NCBI GenBank assembly: GCA_039589315.1 | Contig: JBDHHQ010000009.1 | Location: 1 to 64,000 of the forward strand | Source of the DNA: Gemmatimonadota bacterium | GTDB taxonomy: Bacteria; Gemmatimonadota; Gemmatimonadetes; Longimicrobiales; Gaopeijiaceae | DNA length: 64,000 nt | Direction: 5' to 3' | The notes under the pieces: generated by a model | Databases searched by the model: none | The model's input: only the letters and a program-made list of their open reading frames with translations | What the model was told of the DNA's origin: nothing | Position numbers and translations under genes: made by a program | Shown here: piece after piece, positions 46,072-56,049 of the stretch | Position numbering within the stretch: the first letter of the stretch is position 1 | Layout of the letters: each line of letters starts with the position of its first letter

Positions 46072-48207
46072 TCAGTAGCGGGCCAACTCGCGGATCGCGG
46101 CCAGCACGTCGTCCACCTGTGGCAGAATGGCGTGCTCCAGCTGGGGCGCATAGGCCACCCACGTGTCCATCGAGGCAACCCTACGAACGGGACCGTCCAG
46201 CCAAGGGAACAGCTCGTCGGCGATTCGAGCCGCGATCTCGGAGCCGATGCCCCACGACAGCGCGTCCTCGTAGACCACCACCACCTTGTTGGTGCGCCGC
46301 ACCGACTCGGAAACGGTGTCCATGTCGAAGGGCGAAAGCGTGCGCAGGTCGATCACCTCGACATCGGTACCTTCGGCGGCCGCGGCCTTGGCGGCGTCGA
46401 GAGAGCGCTTCACCAGCGCTCCGCACGTGACCACGGTCAGGTCGGAGCCTGGACGCACCACCTTCGCCTTGCCGAAGGGGATCATGAAGTCGGGCCCGGG
46501 AGTCCGCCCCTTGTTGTACACCTGCCGGTACAGGTGCTTGTGCTCGAGGAAGATGACGGGATCGTCACAGCGCACGGCCGTGCGCAGCAATCCGTTGGCG
46601 TCTACGGCGTTGGACGGGAGGACGACGCGCAGGCCGGGCGTGTGGGCGAAGATGCTCTCGCCGGTCTGGGAGTGATAGATGCCGCCGCCCTTGAGGTAGC
46701 CGCCGTAGGTGACCCGTACCACCACGGGTGCCGAGTAGCTGTTGTTGGACCGGTAGCGCATCGTGGCCAACTCGTTCCGGATCTGCATGAACGCCGGCCA
46801 GATGTAGTCGAAGAACTGTATCTCGACCACGGGACGCAGCCCCCGGAGCGCCATGCCGATGGCCCGGCCCACGATGTTGGCCTCGGCCAGGGGGGAGTTG
46901 AACACCCGGTGGTCTCCGAACTGGCGCTGGAGTCCGTGCGTGACCTTGAAGACGCCGCCTTTGCCCTTCACCTCCTCCAGGTACTGCGAGTGCGAGGCGT
47001 CGGCGACGTCCTCGCCGAAGAGGACGATGCGGGGATCCCGCTCCATCTCCGAGCGCAGACAGGCGTTGAGCAGGTCCACCACGGTCTTTTCGTTCTCGGT
47101 TTCGTCGAACCGCGGATCGTCCTCGGAGTCGAAGTCCGGCCCGGTGGGGTCCACCGCTTCCGAGTACAGGAATCGGCTCGCCGTTCCCGGCTCCGGCTGG
47201 GGTCGTTCGTGGGCTTCATCCGCCGCTTCGCTGACGCGTTCCCGGATCCGGATGTCGAGGGCGTCCAGCTCCTCCGTAGACGCCAGCCCCGCTTCGAGGA
47301 TCAGGGCCCGGGTACGCGACAGCGGGTCGCGGCGGGCTTCTTCGTCGCGCTGGTGAGTGGGCTTGTAGGCCCGCTCGTCGTCGGACATGGAGTGGGAATA
47401 CGGGCGCACCACGTGGGCGTGGAGCAACACCGGGCCGTGCCCGTGCCGACAGTGTCGAACCGCCCGGGCGCCTACGTCGTAAGACTCCACGACGTCGGTG
47501 CCGTCGCACTCCAGCACGAGGAGGTCAGGGAACCCCTCGAGCGTCCGGGAGATACTGCCCGCCGGAGTCTGGACGGCGACCGGTACCGAGATGGCGTAGC
47601 CGTTGTCCTCGATCAGGAAGATCACCGGGAGCTTCAGGACCGTCGCGGTGTTGAGGGCCTCCCAGAACTCCCCCTCCGAGGTGGTGCCCTCGCCGGCGCA
47701 GCACAGAACGACCTCGTCGTCCTGGAACGAGCTCACGAGCGACTGGAGCTCAGGGAGGAGTCGAGCCCGGTGACCGGCCTCGGCAGCGCCCACTGCCTGC
47801 AGGAACTGGGTCCCGGTGGGCGACGAGGTGCTGGCGATGTTGTAGCGGGCGTCGCCGAAATGGGACGGCATCTGGCGCCCCCCGCTGGCCGGGTCGTCCG
47901 CGGCCCCCACGGCTTGCAGGAAGTGGTCGAGGGGATGTTGGCCGGCCGTCAGCGCCAGGGCCCGGTCCCGGTAGTAGAGGAAGTACCAATCCTTCCCACC
48001 TCTGAGGTGGGCCCCGAGGGCCACCTGGACCGCTTCGTGTCCGGCACCTGAGATCTGGAAGTAGATCCGGTTCTGCCGCTTCAGGCTGATCTCGCGGTCA
48101 TCGATGGCGCGGGCGGTCACCATGGTGCGGTAGAAGTCTAGGAGCAGCTCGGGCGTCAGATCGCCGAGGGCGGGCGAGGCGTGCCCCTGTTCGGTTCCGG
48201 TGAACAT
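46072..48207 (-). CDS. 2-oxoacid (probably branched-chain) dehydrogenase E1, fused alpha/beta
   Basis: [20 protein letters not shown]...N TPP motif, HSMSDD, GEDVA, EIQFFDY, HSQ. Confidence 0.93.
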   Translation of the reverse strand: MFTGTEQGHASPALGDLTPELLLDFYRTMVTARAIDDREISLKRQNRIYFQISGAGHEAVQVALGAHLRGGKDWYFLYYRDRALALTAGQHPLDHFLQAVGAADDPASGGRQMPSHFGDARYNIASTSSPTGTQFLQAVGAAEAGHRARLLPELQSLVSSFQDDEVVLCCAGEGTTSEGEFWEALNTATVLKLPVIFLIEDNGYAISVPVAVQTPAGSISRTLEGFPDLLVLECDGTDVVESYDVGARAVRHCRHGHGPVLLHAHVVRPYSHSMSDDERAYKPTHQRDEEARRDPLSRTRALILEAGLASTEELDALDIRIRERVSEAADEAHERPQPEPGTASRFLYSEAVDPTGPDFDSEDDPRFDETENEKTVVDLLNACLRSEMERDPRIVLFGEDVADASHSQYLEEVKGKGGVFKVTHGLQRQFGDHRVFNSPLAEANIVGRAIGMALRGLRPVVEIQFFDYIWPAFMQIRNELATMRYRSNNSYSAPVVVRVTYGGYLKGGGIYHSQTGESIFAHTPGLRVVLPSNAVDANGLLRTAVRCDDPVIFLEHKHLYRQVYNKGRTPGPDFMIPFGKAKVVRPGSDLTVVTCGALVKRSLDAAKAAAAEGTDVEVIDLRTLSPFDMDTVSESVRRTNKVVVVYEDALSWGIGSEIAARIADELFPWLDGPVRRVASMDTWVAYAPQLEHAILPQVDDVLAAIRELARY

Positions 48208-48427
48208 TGTCTCTCCGCGTTGTCCTGCGATGTCGGCGTGGCGCGCGCGGCGGGCCGGACGAGGTGGAGCCGATGAAGGGCCCAAAGATAACAGCCCAGC
48301 GGAAAGCTACGGAAGCAAACACCCGTCCTCGCCCCGCTCCGGGTCCGGGAACCCTCCGACGGAGGGCGAGTTGCAAAGGGTGTGGCGGAAAGCGGGCGAG
48401 GGAGTGGCGATCGGGCAAGGCCCGTCT

Positions 48428-48751
48428 GTGAGCAACCGCGGACCGGCGCTAGATTCACCGTCGACGGACTCCATCACCCGAGCCGGGGAGCTTGCCGCGA
48501 TCTCGAGCACATTCGCCCGCCTGGCGGGCCTCGCCTGGAGGCATCCGAGCCTGTGGCTTCCTCTGCTGCGCTCCTCCTGGACCTTCCGGGCCCGAGACTG
48601 GTATCGGCGCCCTCCGTTCCTTCCTCTTCCTCCGGCATCCTACTTGCAGTGGAGGATGGAAACGGCGTACGGCGACGCGGACGCAACGCCGCCAGTAGAC
48701 GAACTGATTCGTTATCTCCGTTGGACTTCGGAGATGAGGCGCCGGAGATGA
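48428..48751 (+). CDS. Small conserved hypothetical protein
   Basis: WYRRPPFLPLP..YLQWRMETAYG..YLRW looks like a conserved motif; start uncertain. Confidence 0.55.
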   Translation: MSNRGPALDSPSTDSITRAGELAAISSTFARLAGLAWRHPSLWLPLLRSSWTFRARDWYRRPPFLPLPPASYLQWRMETAYGDADATPPVDELIRYLRWTSEMRRRR

Positions 48752-48767
48752 CCCGGGAGGAAGGGCC

Positions 48768-49154
48768 GTGTTCAAGCTGATACTCTTTCTGCTCGTGGCG
48801 CTGGGAGCCGCTCTCTACTTCCCGACGTCGCGCGTGGTGGTGCTGGACGTGGCCGAGCCGGTTCTGAATCCGGTCATGGAGTGGTCCACGAAGGGTGAGA
48901 TGCGCAAGATCGCCCGGGACCTCGAGACCTTCGAGCGGAGCTGGGAGTCCCTGCCCACGCAGGACGGATGGTCTCGTTGGCTCGAGACCAAGTACACCAC
49001 CGACGACGGCAAGACGGACTCCTGGGGGAACGATTACGCCCTTCAGGTGTGGCCAGACTCGTTCGCCGTGGTCTCGGCCGGTATCGACGGGCAGATGGGG
49101 ACTCAGGACGACCTGAAGACGGCACGGGAGCGGGTGGCAGGACGCCGCCGCTAG
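48768..49154 (+). CDS. GspG/T2SSG C-terminal-like domain protein with N-terminal anchor
   Basis: DSWGNDY...SAGIDGQMGTQDD signature; no GFTLIE prepilin site. Confidence 0.7.
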   Translation: MFKLILFLLVALGAALYFPTSRVVVLDVAEPVLNPVMEWSTKGEMRKIARDLETFERSWESLPTQDGWSRWLETKYTTDDGKTDSWGNDYALQVWPDSFAVVSAGIDGQMGTQDDLKTARERVAGRRR

Positions 49155-49249
49155 CCGACCTCCTCCGCCAGAGTGCCGGGATCCCCTCGGCCGGGCCGGC
49201 CGCCGTTCGGGCGGCGGCTGTCCGGCACTACCGTCTGCCCCGGCCTGAC

Positions 49250-49897
49250 GTGCAATCCAACCCCCAGCTCACCGAAGCGCTCGTCACGCTCGGGCCTTGG
49301 GTCGTTCTGCTGATGACGTTCGCGGAGACCGCGTTCATCACCGGCTTCTTCGTCCCGGCCTTGCCCACCATCATGCTGGCGTGCCTTCTTGCCCTCGAGG
49401 GCCACTACGGGTTGGGCGGCGTCGTCCTGGCCACCGTCTCGGGTGGTGCCCTCGGCGACTCCACCGGCTTCTGGGTGGGGCGGCGTGGAGGGCGACGCCT
49501 CCTCGACGGCGGGGGCCGAATTCGCGAGTTGGCACGGAGAGGTGAACGCCGTACGACCGCGATCATGGACCGTCATTCAATCCTGGGTGTCAGCCTCGCG
49601 CGGTGCATCTCGTTCGTCCGCACGCTCATGCCCCTGACCGCCGGCATGAGCAATCTCGCCTACCGCCGCTTTCTCCTCTACGACCTGCTGGGGGTCGCCG
49701 TCTGGGCCGCGGGTTCGATCGTCGTGGGCGTGGGGGCAGCGGTGGGATGGCAGCGGGTCCGGGACGATTTGGGTCCGTGGTGGGCCGCCGGCGCGATTCT
49801 GCTGGCAGGCGTGATCTGGTCGGTCCTCAAGATCCGGCGCATGCTGTCGAGCCGCCGCACCGGTGGCGGTGAGGCCACGGCCGGGGTGGAGGGATAG
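49250..49897 (+). CDS. DedA family membrane protein
   Basis: FAETAFITGFFVP, GDSTGFWVGR, ARCISFVRT, AGMSNLAYRRF. Confidence 0.88.
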   Translation: MQSNPQLTEALVTLGPWVVLLMTFAETAFITGFFVPALPTIMLACLLALEGHYGLGGVVLATVSGGALGDSTGFWVGRRGGRRLLDGGGRIRELARRGERRTTAIMDRHSILGVSLARCISFVRTLMPLTAGMSNLAYRRFLLYDLLGVAVWAAGSIVVGVGAAVGWQRVRDDLGPWWAAGAILLAGVIWSVLKIRRMLSSRRTGGGEATAGVEG

Positions 49898-49902
49898 GGC
49901 TG

Positions 49903-51198
49903 GTGCTGGTGGTCGGACTCACGGGCAACGCAGCCGCGGGCAAGTCGACCGTTGCGCGGGTCTGGGCTGAGGAGGGCGTCCCCGTCATCAGCGCCGACGA
50001 GCTGGCGCGCGAAGCGGTGAGTCCGGGCTCGGAGGGGCTCGCACGCGTCGTCGACGCGTTCGGCCGCGAGATTCTCGGGGCTGACGGAAGCCTGGACCGG
50101 GCCCGGCTCCGTGACGTCGTCTTTCGGGACGGGGGTGCCCGGGCCCGACTCGAGGAGATCCTCCATCCGCTGATCTGGCGGCTCCGCACCGAGTGGATGC
50201 GCCAGCGGGCGCTGGAGGGACACAGGATCACGGTGGCAGAGGTGCCCTTGCTGTTCGAGGCCGGGCTCGAGGCAGACTTCGACGTGACCGTGCTGGTCGA
50301 CGCGCCCGAGGACCTGCGCCGAGCGCGTCTGGTCGAGCTCAGGGGAATCGAGCCCGGCGAGGCCCAGCGCATCATGGACGCTCAGCTCGATCCTGCGATC
50401 AAGCGCGCCCGGGCCCACCACGTTCTGGAGAATACTGGGAGCCTCGAGGAGTTGGGCCGGAGCGCGCGAGCCCTCCTGACCCGGCTTCGGCGGCAGGCGG
50501 ATGAGGGTGCTCGCGAGGGCTCGGACGGCCCCCGCCTTCGCCTGGACCTTCACATGCACACCTGGGATTCGTTCGACTGCCTGTCGGATCCGGACCGGGT
50601 CCTGGCCAGGGCCCGAGCCGGGGGGGTGGGGCGGATCGCCATCACGGACCACAACCGGCTGGGAGCGGCGCTGGAGATGGCTCGGCGGCATCCCGACCAG
50701 GTCATTCCCGGCGAGGAGGTGAAGACGGCCGAGGGGGTGGACATGATCGGTCTCTACCTGTCCGAAGAGATTCCCGCGCGCACGCCGGGCCTCGAGACGT
50801 GCCGTCGGATACACGAACAGGGCGGGTTGGTGTACCTGCCTCATCCCTACGCGGCCGGGAAGGGCGGGGCGGGCCGCTGGGCAGAGGCGTGGATCGGCGA
50901 CGTGGACATCGTGGAGGCGTACAACGGTCGGATCCACGACCAGCGGCTCAACGAGCGGGCGCGGGTCCTGGCGGACGCCAACGGGCTGCCCATGGGCGCC
51001 GGGTCCGACGCTCACACCCTGTGGGAGGTGGGTCGGTGCCAGGTGGACGTGCCGTGGCACCCCAACGAGCCCGCCGCTCTCCTCGGTGCCTTGCGGAACG
51101 GCGAGATCCACGGCCGCTCGGCGCCCCACGTGGTGCACGTCGCCTCGACCTGGGCCAAGCTGCGCAAGCGCCTCCCGGGCCGCCGTGGAAGCCGGTAG
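49903..51198 (+). CDS. coaE: Dephospho-CoA kinase fused to a PHP-domain phosphoesterase
   Basis: GLTGNAAAGKST, LDRARL, ILHPLI, EVPLLFE; then DLHMHT, ITDHN, GEE, PHPY, GSDAH in one ORF. Confidence 0.9.
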   Translation: MLVVGLTGNAAAGKSTVARVWAEEGVPVISADELAREAVSPGSEGLARVVDAFGREILGADGSLDRARLRDVVFRDGGARARLEEILHPLIWRLRTEWMRQRALEGHRITVAEVPLLFEAGLEADFDVTVLVDAPEDLRRARLVELRGIEPGEAQRIMDAQLDPAIKRARAHHVLENTGSLEELGRSARALLTRLRRQADEGAREGSDGPRLRLDLHMHTWDSFDCLSDPDRVLARARAGGVGRIAITDHNRLGAALEMARRHPDQVIPGEEVKTAEGVDMIGLYLSEEIPARTPGLETCRRIHEQGGLVYLPHPYAAGKGGAGRWAEAWIGDVDIVEAYNGRIHDQRLNERARVLADANGLPMGAGSDAHTLWEVGRCQVDVPWHPNEPAALLGALRNGEIHGRSAPHVVHVASTWAKLRKRLPGRRGSR

Positions 51199-51273
51199 CT
51201 CAGCCGCTGCGGTGGACTCCGGCCGCGCTCCGCGACGATGCGGACGCCGGACGGATCCGCTACCTTCGCGCCG

Positions 51274-52335
51274 ATGAGATACACCGTACCCAGCCACCGC
51301 CTCGCTGCCGTAGAGGAAGTCCTGGGCGTGCTGACCGAGGCGCGCCGGGTCGTGCTCACCACCCACATCAACGCCGACGGCGACGGCGCCGGATCCCAAG
51401 TCGCCCTCACCGGCTTCCTGCGGGAGCAGGGTGCCGAAGCGTGGATCGTGAACCCGACGCCATACCCGCGGCTCTTTCGCTTTCTCATTCCCGACCCGGA
51501 CTGGGTCGTGCCAGCGAGTGACCCCGCGGCGGAGCAGCTCTGTCGCGACGCCGACCTGGCCGTCGTGCTGGACACGGGCGAGGTGCCGCGGCTGGGGCGC
51601 GTCAAGCCCATGATCGACGCCGTGCCCAAGGTGGTCGTCGACCACCATCCACCCGGCACCGCGCCGATCCCAGGTGTCTCGCTCCGGGATCCCGCGGCAT
51701 GCGCCACGGGCGAGCTCGTCTTCGATCTCCTGACGCGAGCCGACTGTCTCTGGGCCGAGCCGGCGGTCACGGCGCTGTACGTGGCCATCGTCACGGACAC
51801 GGGGTCCTTCCGCCACAGCAATACCTCGTCCCGGTGCCACCGCATCGCCGCGGAGCTGATCGAACGGGGCGCCGACCCGGAGGAGGTCCACCGCAGCGTG
51901 TACGGGGCCTTTCCGCCACGGCGGCTCCAGCTCCTCCGGGAGGCCCTGGGGCTCCTCGGGGTGAACGAGGACGGGACCGTCGCCTGGATGACGGTGCCTG
52001 CGGACGCCTTTCACGCTCTCGGGGCTCAGCCCGACGACCTCGAAGGCCTGGTGGACTACCCGAGGTCCCTGGACGGCGTGCAGGTGGCGGTCCTGTTCCG
52101 CCGGATCAGAAGCGGCGCGGTCAAGGTCTCGTTCCGCTCCAACGGTGAGGTCGACGTGGATCGCCTGGCCAAGTCGTTCGGCGGCGGCGGGCACGTCAAG
52201 GCTGCGGGGGCGGTGGTGCAGGGCAGCGAGGAGGCCGTGCGCAGGCGGGTCGTCGATGCAGCCGAAGCCGCCGTTCGTGCGGTCGCCTCCATCTCCGGCG
52301 CGGTGCCGGACCAGGAACCGATTCCCCAGGAATGA
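51274..52335 (+). CDS. nrnA: DHH/DHHA1 phosphoesterase (nanoRNase / pAp phosphatase)
   Basis: HINADGDG, VDHH, TDTGSFRHSNT, SFRS, GGGGHVKAAG. Confidence 0.9.
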   Translation: MRYTVPSHRLAAVEEVLGVLTEARRVVLTTHINADGDGAGSQVALTGFLREQGAEAWIVNPTPYPRLFRFLIPDPDWVVPASDPAAEQLCRDADLAVVLDTGEVPRLGRVKPMIDAVPKVVVDHHPPGTAPIPGVSLRDPAACATGELVFDLLTRADCLWAEPAVTALYVAIVTDTGSFRHSNTSSRCHRIAAELIERGADPEEVHRSVYGAFPPRRLQLLREALGLLGVNEDGTVAWMTVPADAFHALGAQPDDLEGLVDYPRSLDGVQVAVLFRRIRSGAVKVSFRSNGEVDVDRLAKSFGGGGHVKAAGAVVQGSEEAVRRRVVDAAEAAVRAVASISGAVPDQEPIPQE

Positions 52336-52347
52336 TGTAGTGTGACC

Positions 52348-52776
52348 ATGCCTTCGAGTCAGGAATCAGGTCCCGGAGTCCCGGAGGCCCTGCCCCGGAC
52401 CCTCGACCAATTGGGTAGACGCCTGGATCCCATGCGGTTGGACACGCTGTGGATCTTCCCCCCGCTGGTGCGGGGCAGGCGGGAGCGGGGCCTCGTCGTG
52501 GCCAGCTGCTTCGCCGAGGGAGAGGACCGGCGGCGCCTGTTGACCGCGAGGTACTCGGCTGAGCGGACGGGGAAGGGGCTGGAAGTGGAGTCGGAGATCA
52601 CGGAGGAAGGCGAGGCCCCGCCGGATCGGATTCCGCGCGTGGTCGACGGGGTCGTCAGGAGAAGCGGGGTCCAGAAGGGCGACCCCCGGGAGGTCGTGAT
52701 CGGCGGGGAGCTCGAAGCCTTCACGGAGCTGATGAAGGAGTTCGACCCTGCACTGTTGGAGGTCGTGGAGCAGTGA
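52348..52776 (+). CDS. Conserved hypothetical protein
   Basis: Fills the operon gap; LWIFPPL..GRRE.GLVV motif; GTGA overlap with fur. Confidence 0.7.
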   Translation: MPSSQESGPGVPEALPRTLDQLGRRLDPMRLDTLWIFPPLVRGRRERGLVVASCFAEGEDRRRLLTARYSAERTGKGLEVESEITEEGEAPPDRIPRVVDGVVRRSGVQKGDPREVVIGGELEAFTELMKEFDPALLEVVEQ

Positions 52777-53273
52777 TTCAGCAACAGGGCGCCACGCCTT
52801 TCGTCCGTCTCTTCGGGCGATATCTGCGGGAGCAGGGGCTGCCTGTCACCCAGCAGCGCGAAGTGGTGGCCGAGCTCGTGTTTTCGTCCAGCGGCCATCT
52901 GTCCGTCGACGACATCGAAGCTCGTCTCAGGAACGCGGGCGAACGCATCGGCAAGGCCACGATCTACCGCACGCTGGACCTGTTGGTGCGAAGTCAGCTG
53001 GTGGAAGAGCACGACTTCGGCGAGGGCTTCAAGCGCTACGAGCACCGGCTTTCGGCCCAGCCGGTCCACGAGCATCTCATCTGTCTCGAGTGCGGCAAGG
53101 TGCTGGAATTCCGGAGCGAGGAGATTCGGGGCATCGAATCCCGCGTCCAGGAGGAGCACGGCTTCCTGCCCGCTCGGCATCGCCTCGACATCTACGGTCT
53201 CTGCCGGGAATGCCAGGCGGCGGGCGCCGCCCTTCCGCAGGAAGGGTTGACCTGTCCGATCGAGATGGCGTAA
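52773..53273 (+). CDS. Fur family transcriptional regulator
   Basis: TQQR, ATIYRTLDLL, HEHLICLECG, GLCRECQ. Confidence 0.92.
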   Translation: MIQQQGATPFVRLFGRYLREQGLPVTQQREVVAELVFSSSGHLSVDDIEARLRNAGERIGKATIYRTLDLLVRSQLVEEHDFGEGFKRYEHRLSAQPVHEHLICLECGKVLEFRSEEIRGIESRVQEEHGFLPARHRLDIYGLCRECQAAGAALPQEGLTCPIEMA

Positions 53274-53380
53274 CAGCGCCGGGCGTCTTCGGCTCCTCCC
53301 GGGCCGGCGGTGACGCCGGTGACAGCGAGGCGCGGCGCTCGCGCGCCACACCGGTGACACGACCCCCCGAACCTCGCACC

Positions 53381-54364
53381 ATGCCGAATCGACGAAACCC
53401 GAAAGCGCTCGGCCGCGGCTTCGCCCCCCCGGGCTCGTCGACACCCGACCCCGGCGACCCCGGTCCCGGGCTGCGGTCCGACCTCCCCTGGGAGCTCCCG
53501 CATACGTTCCTGGGCCTCGACGAGACTGCCTCCGCCCTCACCACGGCCCGCGCGCTCATCCTTCCGGTGCCGTACGAGACGACGACCAGCTATGGCGGCG
53601 GTGCACGCTCCGGGCCCGGAGCCATCCTTGAGGCCTCCCGTTACATCGAGCTCTACGACCAGGAGCTCGATGCCGATCCGTCCACGGTGGGGATTCACAC
53701 CCTGCCCGCGCTCGAGTTGACTCGGGAGGGCCCGGCGGCCGCCGCGCAGGAGCTGGAGGACGCGCATGGACAGGTGCTGGAGGCGGCCGAGGACCGCTTC
53801 GTCGTCGCGCTGGGGGGCGAGCACGCCGTCTCCGCGCCGTTGATCCGGGCAGCCGCCCGGCGGGTGGGGCGGCGCCTCTCGGTCCTCCAGTTGGACGCCC
53901 ACGCCGACCTGCGGGCAGAATACGAGGGAACGCCCCACTCCCACGCGTCCGCCATGGCCCGGGTATTGGATCATGCCGACGTGGTCGGCGTGGGAATCCG
54001 GGGGATCAGCGCCGAGGAAGTCGCGGTGGCCCGGGCCTCGGAGGCCGTCCATCTGATCTACGCTGAAGAGATGTGGGAGAGCGACGACTGGATGGAGCGC
54101 GCGCTCGAGCGGTTGCACGACCCGGTCTACATCACGTTCGACGTGGACTTCCTCGACCCCTCCCTCGTTCCGGCAACGGGCACGCCGGAGCCCGGAGGCG
54201 GAGATTGGTACCGGACCCTGCGGTTCCTCCGGCGCGTGTTTCGCGAGCGCGAGGTGGTCGGATGTGACGTCGTGGAGCTCGCGCCCATACCGGGGCTACA
54301 CGCGCCGGACTTCCTCGTGGCCAAGCTGGTGTACAAACTCATCGGGTACCGATTCTTCGCCTGA
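53381..54364 (+). CDS. speB: Agmatinase
   Basis: GGEH, DAHADL, DVDFLDPS..PATGTPEPGG, DVVELAP. Confidence 0.9.
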   Translation: MPNRRNPKALGRGFAPPGSSTPDPGDPGPGLRSDLPWELPHTFLGLDETASALTTARALILPVPYETTTSYGGGARSGPGAILEASRYIELYDQELDADPSTVGIHTLPALELTREGPAAAAQELEDAHGQVLEAAEDRFVVALGGEHAVSAPLIRAAARRVGRRLSVLQLDAHADLRAEYEGTPHSHASAMARVLDHADVVGVGIRGISAEEVAVARASEAVHLIYAEEMWESDDWMERALERLHDPVYITFDVDFLDPSLVPATGTPEPGGGDWYRTLRFLRRVFREREVVGCDVVELAPIPGLHAPDFLVAKLVYKLIGYRFFA

Positions 54365-54372
54365 TTCGGAGG

Positions 54373-56049
54373 TTGTCCTTGCCCGACTCACGAACCCAGC
54401 CACACCGGAGTCCTCTGCCGGCCCGCCTGGCGGAAGCACCGCCCGAGTCGGACGCGGCCAGTCATTTTCCCGTCCGGGCCCTGGAGCGGGCCACGGGCGC
54501 CAAGCAGGTGGGCGGGAATGCCGTCAGGCTGCAGGTTGAGGGCCCCGGGACCTTCGACGCCTGGCTGGATGCCATCGACGGGGCCGAGCGGTTCGTCCAC
54601 TTCGAGAACTACATCGTCCGGGACGACCGTGTAGGCCGGGCATTCCGCGACGCGTTGACGGCCAAAGCACGGCAGGGCGTGCCGGTCCGGGTGCTGCACG
54701 ACTGGGTGGGATGTTGGGCCACCCGCCGAGGGTATTGGAAGCCATTCCGTGAAGCGGGCGTCGAGGTCCGAGCCTTCAATCCACCGAGCCTCAAGGACCC
54801 GTTCGGACTCCTCCAGCGTGACCACCGGAAGCTCGTTTGTGTGGATGGCCGGGTCGCGTACGTCGGAGGGTTCTGTGTTGGAGAGGAGTGGGCCGGCGGC
54901 AAGGGTGCACCTCCCTGGAGGGACACGGGCGTCGAGATCCGCGGACCGGCCGCCACCGTGGCGGCCCGGGCGTTCGAGACGATCTGGACCCGGGTCGGGG
55001 CGCCCGTCGATGCGGAGGTCCGGGCCAGGCGGGTCCGGACGGTCCGGGAGGGCACCACGCCCGTGTGGATCATCCAGGGTATCCCCTGGCGGTCACGCGT
55101 CTACCGGGCCACGCAGCTGGTAGCGGCCAGCGCCAAGAGCCGAATCTGGATCACCGACCCGTACTTCGTGGCCCCCCGGCCGGTGGCCGAGGCCCTGGCG
55201 GCGGCCGCCATGGACGGCGTAGACGTGCGCATCCTCGTGCCCGGCCACAACAACTGGCCCTGGGTCGGGAGCCTCTCCCGCGGCGGGTACCGCTTCCTCC
55301 TTCGCGCCGGCGTCCGCATCTTCGAGTGGCAAGGGCCCATGATCCACGCCAAGACCGCCGTTGCGGACAGCATCTGGTGTCGGGTGGGGTCCTCGAACCT
55401 GAATGCGGCCAGCCTGCTCGGGAACTGGGAGATCGATGTAGGCATTCTTGACCGGAGCCTGGCGGAGCAGCTGGAAGCGACCTTTCTCGCCGATCTGACC
55501 CTCGGCGTCGAGATCGTCCTGCCCAGGCGGGTGCGGCAGGTGCGCGGGTTGGTGTTGCCCGACACGCAGGCTGCAGGCGAGGCGCCTCGGCAGACGTCGT
55601 TGGAGCCGCCGGAACGTCTTCAGGACAGGCTGGAGCACTGGCGTTCCCCGGCCGCCGGCAGAGTGGGCTGGCGGGTCGCGGACCTGGTCCGGGCCGGTTC
55701 CGCGCTGGGAGACGCGATCGCGGGGCACCGTACCCTGGGGCGTGAAGACCGAGCCGTGCTGAGCACCGTCTCGGTGGGCATGCTCGTGGCTGCGCTGTTG
55801 GCGGCGGTCTTTCCGCGGATCGTCGGATGGGCGTTCGCCCTGCTCCTGGGCTGGCTGGGCATCGTCGTATCCGTCCGGGTGCTGGTGCAGGTCAGGCGCG
55901 GGCGTCGGGAAGAGGCGACGCTGAAGTCGCTGGACTCGCACGCATTGCCGGAAGACGAGCCTCCGCTCGTAGCGGAGGGGCACGACCGATATCATCCCGA
56001 CGACCCGGGGGCGGGCGTCGAGGAAACGACCTCAACGGAGCCGGAATAG
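54373..56049 (+). CDS. Cardiolipin synthase-like phospholipase D with C-terminal TM hairpin (start uncertain)
   Basis: Two HKD motifs HRKLVCVD and HAKTAVAD; WRDT, PYFV, GSSNL. Confidence 0.9.
   Translation: MSLPDSRTQPHRSPLPARLAEAPPESDAASHFPVRALERATGAKQVGGNAVRLQVEGPGTFDAWLDAIDGAERFVHFENYIVRDDRVGRAFRDALTAKARQGVPVRVLHDWVGCWATRRGYWKPFREAGVEVRAFNPPSLKDPFGLLQRDHRKLVCVDGRVAYVGGFCVGEEWAGGKGAPPWRDTGVEIRGPAATVAARAFETIWTRVGAPVDAEVRARRVRTVREGTTPVWIIQGIPWRSRVYRATQLVAASAKSRIWITDPYFVAPRPVAEALAAAAMDGVDVRILVPGHNNWPWVGSLSRGGYRFLLRAGVRIFEWQGPMIHAKTAVADSIWCRVGSSNLNAASLLGNWEIDVGILDRSLAEQLEATFLADLTLGVEIVLPRRVRQVRGLVLPDTQAAGEAPRQTSLEPPERLQDRLEHWRSPAAGRVGWRVADLVRAGSALGDAIAGHRTLGREDRAVLSTVSVGMLVAALLAAVFPRIVGWAFALLLGWLGIVVSVRVLVQVRRGRREEATLKSLDSHALPEDEPPLVAEGHDRYHPDDPGAGVEETTSTEPE

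Noticed and set aside
46072..48207. E1 alpha/beta fusion as a novelty
   Set aside because: Fused E1 subunits are well known in several phyla
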